Positions 40,100 to 53,899 of a stretch of DNA of 64,000 bases are shown piece after piece. How positions within the stretch are numbered: position 1 is the stretch's first letter; the number at the start of each line of letters is the position of its first letter. Location of the stretch: assembly GCA_951406725.2 (NCBI GenBank), contig OX597814.1, forward strand, positions 147,994,001-148,058,000, given 5' to 3'. Under the pieces are notes generated by a model, which did no database searches, was not told the origin of the DNA, and saw only the letters and a list, made by a program, of their open reading frames with translations. The DNA is from Octopus vulgaris (taxonomy: Eukaryota). Position numbers and translations under genes: made by a program.

Positions 40100-41372
40100 C
40101 GTGTGTGTGAATGTATAATATACATTTATATGTATATATGCGTGTACATATATACATGCATTGCTATATATTTGTTTTTTTTTTACCATAACTTTTATCG
40201 TTTTAAGGCCATATCGCTATATTAAGCAAAGTAAATTAGACAACATATATTTAGATGACTTCTCATTATTCACTGCTATAACGGTATTTTCGCTATGATC
40301 GTCCGCTCAAAGGACCACTGACCGCACCGAATTGCATTGAGAAGATCAGTTACTGTCACCTAATCGCATCGCTGAGTATGGCGAGAATGAATATGAATGA
40401 ATTGAGTGCATGATTTAATAATTTAATCTAAGTAATAACTAGGGATAAAGAAAGACCATCTTAGAGTGAAACAGTAAGGCGTGATAACTTTTTGTTGTTG
40501 CTTGTGGATGATGGTAATGGTGGTGTTTCTTTTGCGCAGATCAACCGTATTCGGGGCAATGTATGATAAAATACATTCCCTGCATGACCGTCCTTTCTTT
40601 ACGTTTGATAATTAGATATTGAAAACCAGTTTTTATCGTCTTTTTACTTGGTTTTTAAGACAGTATCTAGCATATTGAAAGAACGGGTAGTATCTCTTTT
40701 ATTGGCTTAGATGACAGCGTAGCGATACCTTCTTTCGCTTATGAGGTTTATGTTACATACAGTTAGACGGCAGCTCCAAACAGTAAACAGTAAAGAATAA
40801 TAAAAAAAAACTAGCAAACGGTAAGCAAACTAGAATGTGAGAAGGAAGAAAAAGTCAGTTGTATCATCTCCGCTACTTGACCGATATTTTAGTTTAAGAA
40901 TATCAGAAAGGTGAAGTACAAAGTTGACCTCGGCATGCATTGAAATAAGAATGCAAATAACTGGAAAAAATAGAGCAAGTCATGGTGTTCAAGACCGGAT
41001 CGATTCTGCTACGCCAAGGTTCCCTTTAACGCTAATAATATTGATTTTTGAAGTGCTTAGATGTTTACAACGTTTCGAATATGAGCACAGTATATTGTTT
41101 ACAGTTATTTCATCCAATTTAGGCGGAGAAAAATAGATTAGAACGTGTTGAAATTTTCATTAAGAACCTAAAGTGATTAAGCAAAATACTTCTTACCATT
41201 TTGTCCTAACATCTTCTGCTTTTCCTGCCTAAACATACAATTACTATGTAACGACGATATTCAGTTATGTGTGTGTGTCTTTGTGTGTGTATCTTCAAAT
41301 CCAGCAAAGTTTCCTTAAACTTTTGAATGAATTGTAAAATATTTAAAACGTTAATATTAAATACACACTGAT

Positions 41373-41586
41373 GCGGTGAGCTGGTAGAATCGTTAGCAAA
41401 CCGACAAAGTGCTTAGCGATATTTCGTCCTGTCTTTACGTTCTGAGTTCAAATTCCGCCGAGGTTGATTTTTACCTTTGATCCTTTCTGGAACGATAAAA
41501 TACGCACCAGTTGAGTACTGGGGTGCGATGTAATCGGCTTACCTTCTTCCTCGAGCTTGCTGACCTTCTGCCAAAATTTGAAACCA
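41373..41586 (+). mobile_element. tRNA-headed SINE, family A (full length)
   Basis: gcggtgagctggtagaatcgttagc...gagttcaaattccgccgagg...accagttgagtactgggg...ccaaaatttgaaacc. Confidence 0.88.
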
Positions 41587-41971
41587 ATATTAATGAACAT
41601 TTATAAAAAAAATCTCGTTCATGTTTTTGACACTGCTCTCAGCTTTTCATTCAAAATCGCTAAACTTACACTTATTTACTTCTAAATCATTTATTCACAA
41701 CATTTTGATATGCGTTTTCAGTCATCAACTTTACAAGCCACTTTTTACAGGCATAGAAAATTGGATGTCAATAGGTAAAACGTTTCTTGAAAATAAATAT
41801 GAACAGTACTGGTTTTGATGAAATTATGTTCAATCTGTAAATGAAATTGTGGTTTTCTCATTGTTCAATATATGATTAAAATGTGATGTCTCTTAGAGTG
41901 ATACGTGGATTCTGGCATAAACAAGTAAATATAAAATCATCTAACAGGAACTTATTTATATATATATATAC

Positions 41972-42004
<33 letters not shown>

Positions 42005-43495
42005 TGTATGTATGTATGTATGTATGTATGTATGTGTGTGCTTTAAATGGATTTATCAGTAGTACGAGAGAAAAGTAGAGAGCATCTATGATCCGCTCGA
42101 AGACACTCAAAAACGGTGATTTGAAGAGAGGAACTTATGAAGCTCAGAGCTTGCTTCAGAGCAGGTTTCATTAAACCAACCGAACAGTAGTTGGCCGGAT
42201 AAGCTGGGTGCCGGATTAAACCTGTCACGCCAAAACAGAATTGAAATTTCGTTCACATGACTTAGTCAAAGCGTAAGAAAGGACAAATGTTCCACGCAGT
42301 GAGATCATACCCCAAGCTCTGTCCGTGCAAAGGATCTTCCTAACAACATAGCTGTGCGTTAACCAATTTAGTAAGCATGAAATATTTAATAATCCTCGAA
42401 TATTCGTTTTAGAATGTAAGAAGACGTAAGTAAACAGAGCATAACATTTAGTCCAGTACATGACCTTTGATTGTGACATTACAATGTTCATTCGAAGTAA
42501 ATCACTGAGTTTTAACACTGGAACGAGTCACTGAAAGTTATTGTATTGTCGAATAAATGAATTCCAATACTTTTCAGGTAATATTTTGTCGAGAGATGAA
42601 TATGATATGAATACTAACGCGATTTAAACTTGGATTCCAGACAGACGAATCAACAGAGAACTAAGAAAAAAACACAAATATTTAATATCAACAGCCACTG
42701 CTAATATATATTGCATGAATTCATAAGTAAGATTTATGTAAATTTCAGTTAGTAACTGCAGAAATAAAACTTACAAATAAAATTCTACTAAAATATTAAT
42801 CACAAATATACTTGAAATGTGTTCCAAATTAGGTACTGTTTACTGCCAGAACTCAGTTGCATATTCTTGAACGCAGTAGCAATCGAAGAAAAATATAGGA
42901 GGAAACAATTTATATAGTAAGAATAAATACATGTGTTCATCTCAATGCATATTTTGTATTTTATGCGAAAATGACATGGATTGTTCATATTTTATGTATG
43001 ATTGATCGACAGAAGATATGTGAAAGCATATATATTGAAAAAATATTATTTTAAACCAAGCGGAGATATATGGAATGTATTAGTTTCAAACTATCACTTC
43101 TATCTATACCGATATAGGAAAAAATGTGACTAAACAATTTCTAGTATTGTAATTAACTGCTCGATTGAATAAATATCCGTCATATCTAGCAGAAACGAAA
43201 TAGCAATATGTATATAATATTAAATGTATATACATCAAGAAAAAACAAATTTCATCGTAATTAATACAGAAACGATATGTCTTATAAGCTGTGTTTCAAA
43301 GCAATGCATATCGATACAAGACGAAAATGGTTTGTTTTCGACAAAGCCCAAGAATTTAGAAATGTAGTACGTGGCTGGCAGACGTCTATTGCTAGATTAT
43401 AGTCGTCCACGAGAGACATTATCCCAGGACAAGAGCAGCAAAAAATTTGCTTTCCGCTATTTATAGATGTTAATAATGATATATATATATATATA

Positions 43496-43531
<36 letters not shown>

Positions 43532-43534
<3 letters not shown>

Positions 43535-43743
43535 TCAAAATGTGACCGCGTGTGTACCGTTGGCGATTTTTTTCCTCCGTCTTCCCTTCTTTGGACCTTG
43601 CTTTTTCCTATGTTTTTGACGAAAAGCTCTGCTCGAAACGTTAAACCCTCCTTCTTTCCTTCATTCCTGAGCGTCCAATAATACTACAGTTGTCCCACGT
43701 CCTCGCGTTATTGTGTTTTCTCTTTGTGTTTTCATGTTTGGAT

Positions 43744-43748
<5 letters not shown>
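43532..43748 (+). mobile_element. Short non-coding insert in (TA)n carrying a hammerhead-like motif (possible Penelope-like remnant)
   Basis: A ~215-bp block bounded by (TA)n on both sides that contains the motif at 43612-43646. Confidence 0.5.
43612..43646 (+). ncRNA. Degenerate minimal hammerhead motif
   Basis: GTTT TTGACGA A AAGC tct GCTC GAAA CG TT AAAC. Stem I is GTTT/AAAC and helix III is palindromic ACGU. There are two departures from consensus: C3 to U, and an A-C mismatch at the base of stem II. Confidence 0.45.
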
Positions 43749-43801
<53 letters not shown>

Positions 43802-44193
43802 CACAGACACACGTACGTATATGGGTACAGGATGTTACCAAAGGAACAAATTGCAAGAAATACGTAAACAATGAGAAAAGTGGAAAGCATAACAAGTAAA
43901 TACACAGAAAAAGACCCTTCATCAGTTGTCGGCTGTGTATCTACTCTTCATGTCGAACATTCAACGACAATATAAGTCTTCAAAAACGTTGGTCCTATAA
44001 AATCTAAAATAAAAATTTATTCATTCTAGAATAACTAAAACAACACATAAATATATATATCTTTCCATCTATCTATGTATATATTTATTTCTCTCTCGTC
44101 CACTTGCTCGCTCTCTGTCTATATATATATGCAAAAATAAATATTTATATATTTTCCTATGCATACAGACAAAACAGATGACACAAAAATTAT

Positions 44194-44244
<51 letters not shown>

Positions 44245-44316
44245 AACGCACACACAACCCTACCACCGGCAGAAAATATAAAAAGAAAAAATTCCATACA
44301 CATATAATTGGTAGAA

Positions 44317-44354
<38 letters not shown>

Positions 44355-44664
44355 ACAAAATCATTTGCTAACACTTACAAAAAATAATAATTCTAGATAA
44401 ATGCGAATGATGTGTTTCAAGTAGCTCGTTCCGTCGTAAAATCAGACACATTAAGCAATTTTATTCTTTCCGTTTGACACAAGAGAAACAAATACTGAAT
44501 GTGGGGTAGAAAAAAAACTAATATGTCCATTGTATTTCCTAATAAACTACATTTCTTCTGTTTGTTCGTTATTTCTGTTAGATGTTTATGTAAGTTTATG
44601 TTCTTGTTTTATACGCCAAATATGTATTTGGTGGTGGTTTTATGCGTTATATAGTGATATATAG

Positions 44665-44708
<44 letters not shown>

Positions 44709-44842
44709 CTGTTTGTGTTTGTGTTTGTGTTGTCTGTGTGTTTGTGTATGCATACATATATACATATGTACATATAAATATATTCACACAAATATATGTC
44801 CGTGAATTTGAGCCTGCATAAATATATATACATTTGCGTGCA

Positions 44843-44901
<59 letters not shown>

Positions 44902-45086
44902 TTATATATACATATATATACACATATATTCATATATACATATATACAAGGACATTTATATACATTTATATGCATGTATATATATATATATAAATATACA
45001 CACAAGTATATACATGTATATATACATATATATGACTGAGAACTTATCTTTGTTTTATATATATATATATGTATATATATTTTATG

Positions 45087-45138
<52 letters not shown>

Positions 45139-46029
45139 TACGAGAATATAACTGTTGTGAATCATTTCAAACATAAAAGCGAGCACTGAATCATTCTGAA
45201 TAGTAACAAACACAATCAGTGTGTTCGGTGCAGATGACTGGAGGATTTCACAATTTCTGGTGCTGTTAAAAATATTTTTGAAAAATAACATAGAATAACA
45301 TTCATAAAAAGAACATACATCATAAATATACAACCATAATATTCGTTTGTTTATTTTGTTTGTTCTGGGCAAAATATTTCAATGTTTGTTGATTTATTTG
45401 CTTATTTCTATATATTTTTTTATATCAATTCACTTTATTTATTTTTGTTTTTGCTGTGATTGTTACAGCAGAATTTTATTATGATATGTCCTAGTGTTTG
45501 TATGGCAGCCACATTTAGCACATGCGTGGTGGGCGAGGCAATGATGGGTGTAAAATTGAATATAACGCATGTACAACACGTGTCCTTTTACAAGTGGAAA
45601 TTGATTTTAATTGACTAATGCACACTCCTTTGATTGATTTAGTCAGTTTGGTATATAACTTTCTATTCACTTATTCCACTAATACCGTAGTTTATGTATG
45701 TGGACGACTGATTACTCAAGCTACCAAATATATTCCTCAAAGGGTTTTAAACTAGATGGCATTCTTTATTTACCTACAGACTGATGCTTTTATGAATGCT
45801 ATAATGAATATTTCCAATTAAAAAAAATGGGCCAACAACTTCGAGGAGATGGTGGTGGGTGATACTTAAGTAGTACTTTATTTTATCCATCCATGAGAGA
45901 TGAAAGGCAATGTACACCACGGCGGATTTCCACATTTGAACAAGTATTATAGTAATTATATATCTCAAGGCATTTGTCCGGCGCTTTAAAGATTCAGACA
46001 ATGGACTCGCGTATGATACTTGTAATAAT

Positions 46030-46460
46030 CCGTTCTATTATAGACACAAGGATTGCAATTTTTGGTGAGAGGAAGATTGTCGATTATATCGACCCCATTG
46101 CTTGACTGATGCTTCATAGATTGACACCGAAAGGATGGGAGGCAAAGCCGGGATAATTTGAGCCCAGAACGTAATGACGGACGAAGCACCGCTAGACATT
46201 ATTTACCGGACTGCTAACGGTCTATCACATTGCAGCTCCATCATAGTTGTAGTAATAGTTTCCATTTTTGTCACTAGATCAGCAATTTTGATGAAGAGGG
46301 TAAGTCGACTATATCAACGCCAATAATCAATTGGTACTTATTTTATCGACTCAGGAATGATGAATAGCAAAGTTTTAACTCTGAAAGTAAAGACAGACAA
46401 CATATCACTAAGCCTCTCTCTAATTTTTCTCCAACGTGCTAACCATTTTGCCAGCTCACT
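46030..46460 (-). mobile_element. Two tandem family-A SINEs (reverse)
   Basis: gtcgattatatcgacccc...ccgaaaggatgggaggcaaag...atttgagcccagaacgtaa, and ggtacttattttatcgactc...gtgctaaccattttgccagctcac. Confidence 0.78.
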
Positions 46461-46880
46461 GATAGCTTCATGAAATTTGTATTAATGACCGCTATTATAG
46501 ACAAGTACAAGTTAAAGCTGTATAACTTGCCCATATATTACAGATATTACAACTGAAATTAGACATATCTGTTATCGTTCTACCAAAATTACCAGTCCTT
46601 TGTTATAATATTTATGGCACCGGATCAACTTTCTGAAGATAGTGCCAGGGAAATGAAGTCGAGCATTTTTCCTTCACTGGTGCTTGTTTTCAGGTTCAAG
46701 GGCAAGTTAAACTCAACTGTATTTTACTCGAGATCGTAAATATATAAATGTACTTACATAGTAAGTGACATGATCTGAGATCGTGTGCTGGAGCGAAAAC
46801 AATTGCAGCGTGGAAGGTGTTTATAAGCCATTTAAAAAACACACAAAAACTGCTAGATTCCCTTCAAAATTTAAATTTAA

Positions 46881-46931
46881 TTTGTCAAAAAAATTTCGTC
46901 GCTTTGAGACCACAACCTGTTCACTGACAAA
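46881..46931 (-). ncRNA. Candidate minimal hammerhead with G3-C8 swapped core (left arm)
   Basis: Minus strand reads TTTGTCA GTGAACA G GTTGT ggtctcaaa GCGAC GAAA TTTT TT TGACAAA. Stem I is a perfect 7 bp and stem II is maintained by G-U pairs. Confidence 0.45.
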
Positions 46932-46944
46932 ATTCCGTGCTGCA

Positions 46945-46995
46945 TTTATCAGTGAACAGGTCGCGATCCCAAAGCGACGAAAATATTTTGACAAA
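46945..46995 (+). ncRNA. Candidate minimal hammerhead with G3-C8 swapped core (right arm)
   Basis: TTTATCA GTGAACA G GTCGC gatcccaaa GCGAC GAAA ATAT TT TGACAAA. Confidence 0.5.
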
Positions 46996-48289
46996 TTAAA
47001 TTGAAATGTTCAAGTGAATCTAACGGCTTTTGTGTGTTTCTTAAATGGCTTATAAGCACCTTCCATGCTGCAATCGTATGGGTGTACTCTACAAAATATT
47101 TAACGATTTCATTTTACTCCAAAAATAGCTACTAAATCTTGCTAATATCTCATCTTAGCATCTTAGAAAAAGGAAGTGCACAGTAGATTATATGCTCCCA
47201 GATAAGACTATGTCCAAAAACAATTTTAAAAGAAAGACGTGATTATCAACGCTAGACTGTTTTGATTATATCTGTTATCTCAGAATTGCCTGAAGCGAAA
47301 TAAAAACATCATATAAACTTGAACCTATATATTTTTTTTCATTTTGGCATCTCTTTCTACACTGAATTGTCAGTATCAGGATGTTATTCTTTTACCCTTC
47401 CCTAATATTTTTATGAATTATATTCTTTTACTCCCGAAGAATAATCGTCGTCGACAAGATATAAAGATATAATCTAAATGGTCGTCAATAAATACAATAA
47501 TATGCACATTCTTAATTTTTTTTTATTCCATTGCTCTCAAACAACCATATGTATTTATATGACACACACACTTCTTCTTGCATAACAATAAGTATATATA
47601 TACACACACACACATCTATACATTCAATTAACAAGTGTTTGTTTGTGTGTTTTCCAACATAAGGGAACGTTTTAACATTTCTTTGCTGTTTGCAGTTTCC
47701 CAGCGTTCGGTCAAAATTGTATACCGACATTAGCAAGTGGTAGTTACCATCACCTTTAGCTTGACACATTCTTCATAAAGGAAAATGGTTTGACAGTCAA
47801 TGGATGGCAGCACATCGAATGGATCGTATGGTCAGGTGTCTGCAGAATATACAGCTAATTTTAAGCAAGTTAGGGAGTATATAGCCTTAATGATCGAACT
47901 GCTCGTAATTTGCAATCGAGATAGAATCCATCATATATGCGTTTCCTGAGACCTGTATATACCTCTCAGTTTACAAACAACGGCAACAAGCCCAAACGTG
48001 TTTATATGCATCTATATTAAAAACACACACATACACACACACACACACACACAACCCCTGTCCATATATATATATATATATATAATTTTCCTTGTGTTAT
48101 TTGTCCTGTACTCTATTTTTTTCGTTGTTTAAGAAAATGTCCAGTTCCTTGGTTTTGTGTTTATGTTTTCGTTTCTTATTGTGTTCGAAGTTTTTTTGGT
48201 GTCCTGTACCCATATATGCATGTATATATACATGTAGAGGTAGGTACGTACATATATGTATGTATATATGCATATGTTTTATTTATTAA

Positions 48290-48586
<297 letters not shown>

Positions 48587-48632
48587 TGGCACGAAAGCTG
48601 GGGTTAGCTTTTCCGCTTACATTACTATGAAC

Positions 48633-48709
48633 GGATGCACTGAAGAAGCACGGACATTTGGATTGCATAAGTAATTCTCTTGTTAAGGCTGAAACCGAGG
48701 TATGCATTT
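48633..48709 (+). ncRNA. Candidate type-I hammerhead ribozyme with canonical core
   Basis: GGATGCA CTGAAGA AGC-[38 nt]-GCT GAAA CC ga GG TA TGCATTT. Stem I is 7 bp (two G-U), the core is CUGAAGA/GAAA, and the predicted GUA cleavage site is after 48702. Confidence 0.65.
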
Positions 48710-49118
48710 AATTCTGTTTTTTATATAAATTTTCATCTGTCATGCCCGCCAAAATTGGTTCTGGTGTTCGCTGTATTTTTCCTCTAGAGAATTTCCTTGT
48801 AGTTTGACCGTTGATGGTCTATTTCTAGCATATGGCCGACTCCCTAGCAGTAAGCCCTGCCAATATACACATATATTAGAATTTTCTCTGACTCCTCAGA
48901 TTTTTGTATGCTGGACTACTGGTTTTAAATTGATATTAAAATTAATATTAATTTATCTCCCTCATTATTTAAATATACATATGTATATATATATACCTAT
49001 GTATATATATATACCTATGTATATATATATATATATGTATATAATATATATATATATATTAATATATATATATAATATATATATATAATATATATATATA
49101 TAATTAATATATATAGTA

Positions 49119-49185
<67 letters not shown>

Positions 49186-49808
49186 TGTGCGTGTGTGTAT
49201 GCGTAACTACATATGTATACATGTATGCGCGTATATTGGTATGTTTCTATATGCATTGGTCACATATTACATCTATATTTGTTTCTTGTTGTCTTTCTCC
49301 TATTGTTAACTCTCTCCAAGCTATTTCTCTTACTTCGGTGTTCCACTTGGCGTACTCTTTCTCCTACATACACCAAATTTTATCTCCTGTCTTTTCTCTA
49401 AATTCATTCATCTATTGTGTTTTTTACAATTCTGTTCCAAACGAACAAAAATATGACTCTCAATGTCTCTTCATCCTCCCTTCCCTTACTCGTATTCTAA
49501 TAAATTTCCTCATAAAGATTTCTTTATAGTAGTATTTTTTCTTCTCAAACAATTCATACATAGTTCATTCCACTTTTCTCCTGCCTTTTGAATATATTTG
49601 ACCCGTTATTTTCTCATACTTCCACGCTTTCTTACTCCTTCCCTCTATCTCTCTGTATATATATATCTGTCGATCAATATATCTCTCCCTGTCTCACTCA
49701 TCACCATTCGAGTAGATTTTCACTCTGAGACACAAACTCACATATATATCACGAGATATTTCATGTGTGTCTGCGTATATATATATGTATATATATATAT
49801 ATATTATA

Positions 49809-49864
<56 letters not shown>

Positions 49865-51739
49865 GAGCCAAATTAACCAATATATATATATTCATACACA
49901 CACATATATATACACACATCTGCAAACGTGCACATAGAGACTTCTATAAGTTTATTTACAAAATATTTTCAAAACACGGGTGAAAGAGGAGGCCAATAGT
50001 AGTTTTAGGGCACGAAACTATCTATAGACAACATCCATGGTTTGTAATTCATATCGATATATTACTATATTTGTTTGTGTAAGCATACACACCCAGTACC
50101 ATATGTGTGAGCGTATATATATATATATACATATATATAATATTTTTATGTAAGCATATATAAGTGTATAGGTACGCAAGCATTATAAATATATGTGTGT
50201 ATATATATATGTATGTATGTATATATGTATGTATATCTGAGGAAACCAACCCACCCATATACAGGGTTTCCTTGCACGAGGTGATTTTTTTGGTTTCTTC
50301 ACTAACGCCTAGACTTGGACAAGGTTTCTTTGTTTTACTTTCAGAAGAAAGACTAACTGTGTGTACGTTTGTGTGTAGGTGTCAATACGTATATTATGTG
50401 TGTGTCTATGTGTTTCTATGTATGCGAAGAAAGAGAACATATTATTAATGACTTCCGTGCCCTACTTTTGGAATGCAGAAAAGGAGGAACTGCTGCTCCC
50501 TTCTCAGTAATCTCCATTCTCTATTTTTATTAATTTGATTCTGAAAACTTAATTTGTGATTTCATCTTCCTCTCACTAATATTATTAATATTTCCTCGGT
50601 GTCTCTCATCTTATTACTTTTTGTCTGCAACGTTGTCTCATAGTATCGTTGTAGTCTGCTCAATTGAATCTATTAACACTCATCATATCTCTCAGCGATC
50701 TTTGTCGTTCAGTATTTATCAATACCTACTGTCTCTTTCTAGATCTCTGACGAAGCCCCTTCATAACAAAAAAAAAAAAATTCCCGCCACATCGAAATTG
50801 CAACTTTTTATCTATGCCTTTATACATCCACTAGAAACAAAGGGATATCTAGTACATTGAGCGCAACTATAGAATAAAATGACATTTCATTCGCTTCCCG
50901 TCTCGAGACTAAAAGACAGACTATACATATCCATCCTTGGAATATTTCCTTATCGCGAGCAGCCATTGAATATTTCCACTCTGCTACCACCACTATTGCC
51001 TAAGTTTCATTTTATTCAACTCTACACAGACTCTTGTTCAATTTCTTCCCCACTTCTTCCTTTCTCTCCTTCTCCCTGTCTCTTCAGTTCCATCCAAAAT
51101 CCTCTCAGAATTTCTATGTCATTATAAAAATGTCTTGCAATAAAAGTCTTTAACAAATAGCTCAAATCTACAATGACACTAAATCGATACCAATAACAGA
51201 CTCTTTCACCTCAGTGTACGTACAATGATGCATAAATATATACAAGTGCGTAAGCACATACATGTATACGCATACATAAAGATGCACAATTAACCACACA
51301 AGTATTCGCACACCCATAGGCACATATATAAATGCCCGCACTCATATGAATAAATTCACAAGCGCACTTTTAATACGCACTGGCACACAAGCCATATTTG
51401 TGTGAAAGAGTTGGTCGTTGTGTGTGTCTCTATCTGTGACTTCTTGTATGTAGGTGAGCTGTTTGTTGCTGAGACAATACGGGTTGCACTGACATACAGA
51501 GCTCGTTTTGGTCTCAGAGTTGCTTTGTGTTAGCAAATGTGTATATAAAGGAGTGTGTGACGTGTGGATATGCGTGTCCATTAGCAGTGATATTTATGGA
51601 ACAATTACTTAAGATTTAATAACTAACAATATTGGTATCTTCAAATAGCGTACGTATGCAGTGTGTTATAGCATGTATGTGTATCCATAAGCATGCATAT
51701 GCGTATGTGTGTAGAGATGTCTGTACGAACGCATATACT

Positions 51740-51797
<58 letters not shown>

Positions 51798-51867
51798 TGT
51801 ATATGTATGTATATATATATGTATATATATACATGCAAATATATATATATGCTTATATGTATATATA

Positions 51868-51914
<47 letters not shown>

Positions 51915-52059
51915 GTTGTATGTATGTGTGAATGAATGTTTGTATGAATATACACTACTACGAGCAACCTTTTCCGAAATATACAAAACAATGGAGCCTA
52001 TACTCCTCCTACTACTACTACCACTACAACTACTGATATTACTGCTAATTACGTTACTA

Positions 52060-52960
52060 TTGCTTATTTTATGCGAGCTGTTTGAAGTCTCACCCAGAGA
52101 CCTCATGTTACACAACGTTGGACTTTCATAGTTATATGTTCATTAGGATCACCGGTTCTCGTAGGGTATTTTCCATGTAATGCCTTACTTTGCCATGTGC
52201 TTCACAGCAATGAGATTTCCTATCATATGTTTTTTTTTTTTACAATTCGTTTCTGCTATCACAGTGTACTTTTCTCTTTCATTTTTGTATCTCAGCCTCA
52301 TTGATTTTTAAATCCTGTACATGCTCTTCTTTGCTTCTGATATGGAACGTATAATTTTGTGAACTTAATCCCTTACTTGTTGGGAGCATAATCTCTTACT
52401 TCATACCTTTAGTATGTAAACTCTATGTACATCCGTGTTTAACTGATGTATGTGCTGCATTGTGAGGATCTCGTACAATTTTTGTATCAATTTTATTGAT
52501 TTTACTGATGAACAGCTTTATAATGTTATAGCTATAGGTCACAACAATTATAGCTAAGGTACTCATTGCATCAAACCTGTTTCGCGATAATTTGGTTTTT
52601 TAGAACAGCTCTAATTCTCCGATAACATTCTTTTCGTATTCTGCATTTGTGAGCGTTGGATGCCATCCCCTTCACATGCACTTAAATACTTGTAATTGTT
52701 GACGGGATCTAATTCTTTGAGACTGGTAAACTTGTCTATTTGTGTATTGTTCGTTTTCAGGAGTTTTCCCATAAAAAATGTGGCTGTAAAGCATTTATCA
52801 AAGCGGACTCCATTCCAACATCGTCACTGAACTGTTTTTACCACAATTAGAAACCGCTTCAGTTCCTGATCATCTTTCGTAAAATGTTATAAACTATCCA
52901 TGTAAAGGATGCGATTCATATATCTTTCGTATTCTGTACGCCCATATTTTGTGCCACTCG
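52060..52960 (-). mobile_element. Decayed R4/Dong-like non-LTR retrotransposon (RT C-terminal half, internal deletion, 3' UTR)
   Basis: Minus strand with frameshifts reads NRILYMDSL (degenerate YMDD, 52893-52904)...DDQELK...SDDVGM...DKC.TATF..GKL...YKYL...EGDGIQ...YRRIRAVLK...TLAI.VVTYSYNII...KIDTKI...ILTM...DVHRVYI...ALHGKYP. Confidence 0.82.
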
Positions 52961-53899
52961 ACAGCTTATATAGAAGAATGAAATCCAAGAAAAGAGTAGT
53001 GATGTAAAAGAAACACCTTGAAAATGTCACAGTTTATGTCCATGTCACCAACATTCATAGTGCCTTCTCTGAATTCCGTATAAGAGTTGTTTTCAATTAC
53101 TTCATATTCGACTGAAAGTTATCAATAACTAACAGATTTTATATATTTCTACACATATCGCAGATTGTCAAATACTTTTTGTAATGAAACCATGTAACAG
53201 AAAGATATTTGCTTTGTTCGTGGTAGTCATCAAGGGCCATTTTATTGATTAAAAGCTGGTCTTTACTACCAGCGATTATTAGCTAATTCATAACTAACGA
53301 TGTTTGATGTTTTGGTAGGGCTTTTCTTCCCCCAGTTTTAATATCTTTGTTCTGCACTCGATCTCTGAATTGGAAACTAATATTGTAGTGTAAGAGGTGT
53401 CTATTACGTCCATTTTCCTTCCTTAGTCCGTTTCGCTCTTGAATTTAATTTTACCAAATGAAAATGGTGTGTATGCATATCCAGTGTTCGGAGATATCTT
53501 GTAAACGGGAATATTCATGCCTGTGTTTTAGGAAAAGATCAAACCAACAGCAAACTTTTCGACCGCAGATTCATTTGACTTCGGGAGTTGATTGATGAGT
53601 TATCCATTTTTCTTAGTATTTCCGATATTCTCGCGTATTGTCCATATCGCCAAGGGTAGGGGGTTTCTTTCATAGTGATCCCAGCATGTGAGGTCTCTGG
53701 GAGGCAGGAAATCTTATCTTGATTTTAATTTTATCACAAATCAATACCCTTTCTCTTTATTAAATGATAATTCACTGCATCGTGTTCGTTTCTAACATTA
53801 CATAATTTTGCATGATTCAGTTCGAAAGTTGACAATAGCTGCACTGTTTTATAATTGGTTCTAATTCTTATTAGCATATCTGACTTAGAAGGCATCCGC

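Larger units (their letters stand above)
46802..47074. repeat. Inverted repeat with ~130-bp arms (46802-46931 and 46945-47074) and a 13-nt spacer
   Basis: attgcagcgtggaaggtgtttataagccattta pairs with taaatggcttataagcaccttccatgctgcaat, and cctgttcactgacaaa pairs with tttatcagtgaacagg. Confidence 0.96.

Noticed and set aside
39347-40225. 292-aa ORF, and the many other [12 protein letters not shown], poly-L, poly-I and poly-Y ORFs
   Set aside because: They are translations of stop-free microsatellites with no protein-like content.
48880-48905. Minus-strand CTGAGGA-gtcaga-GAAA as a second hammerhead in the 48.6-kb insert
   Set aside because: There is no room for a stem II and no matching stem I.
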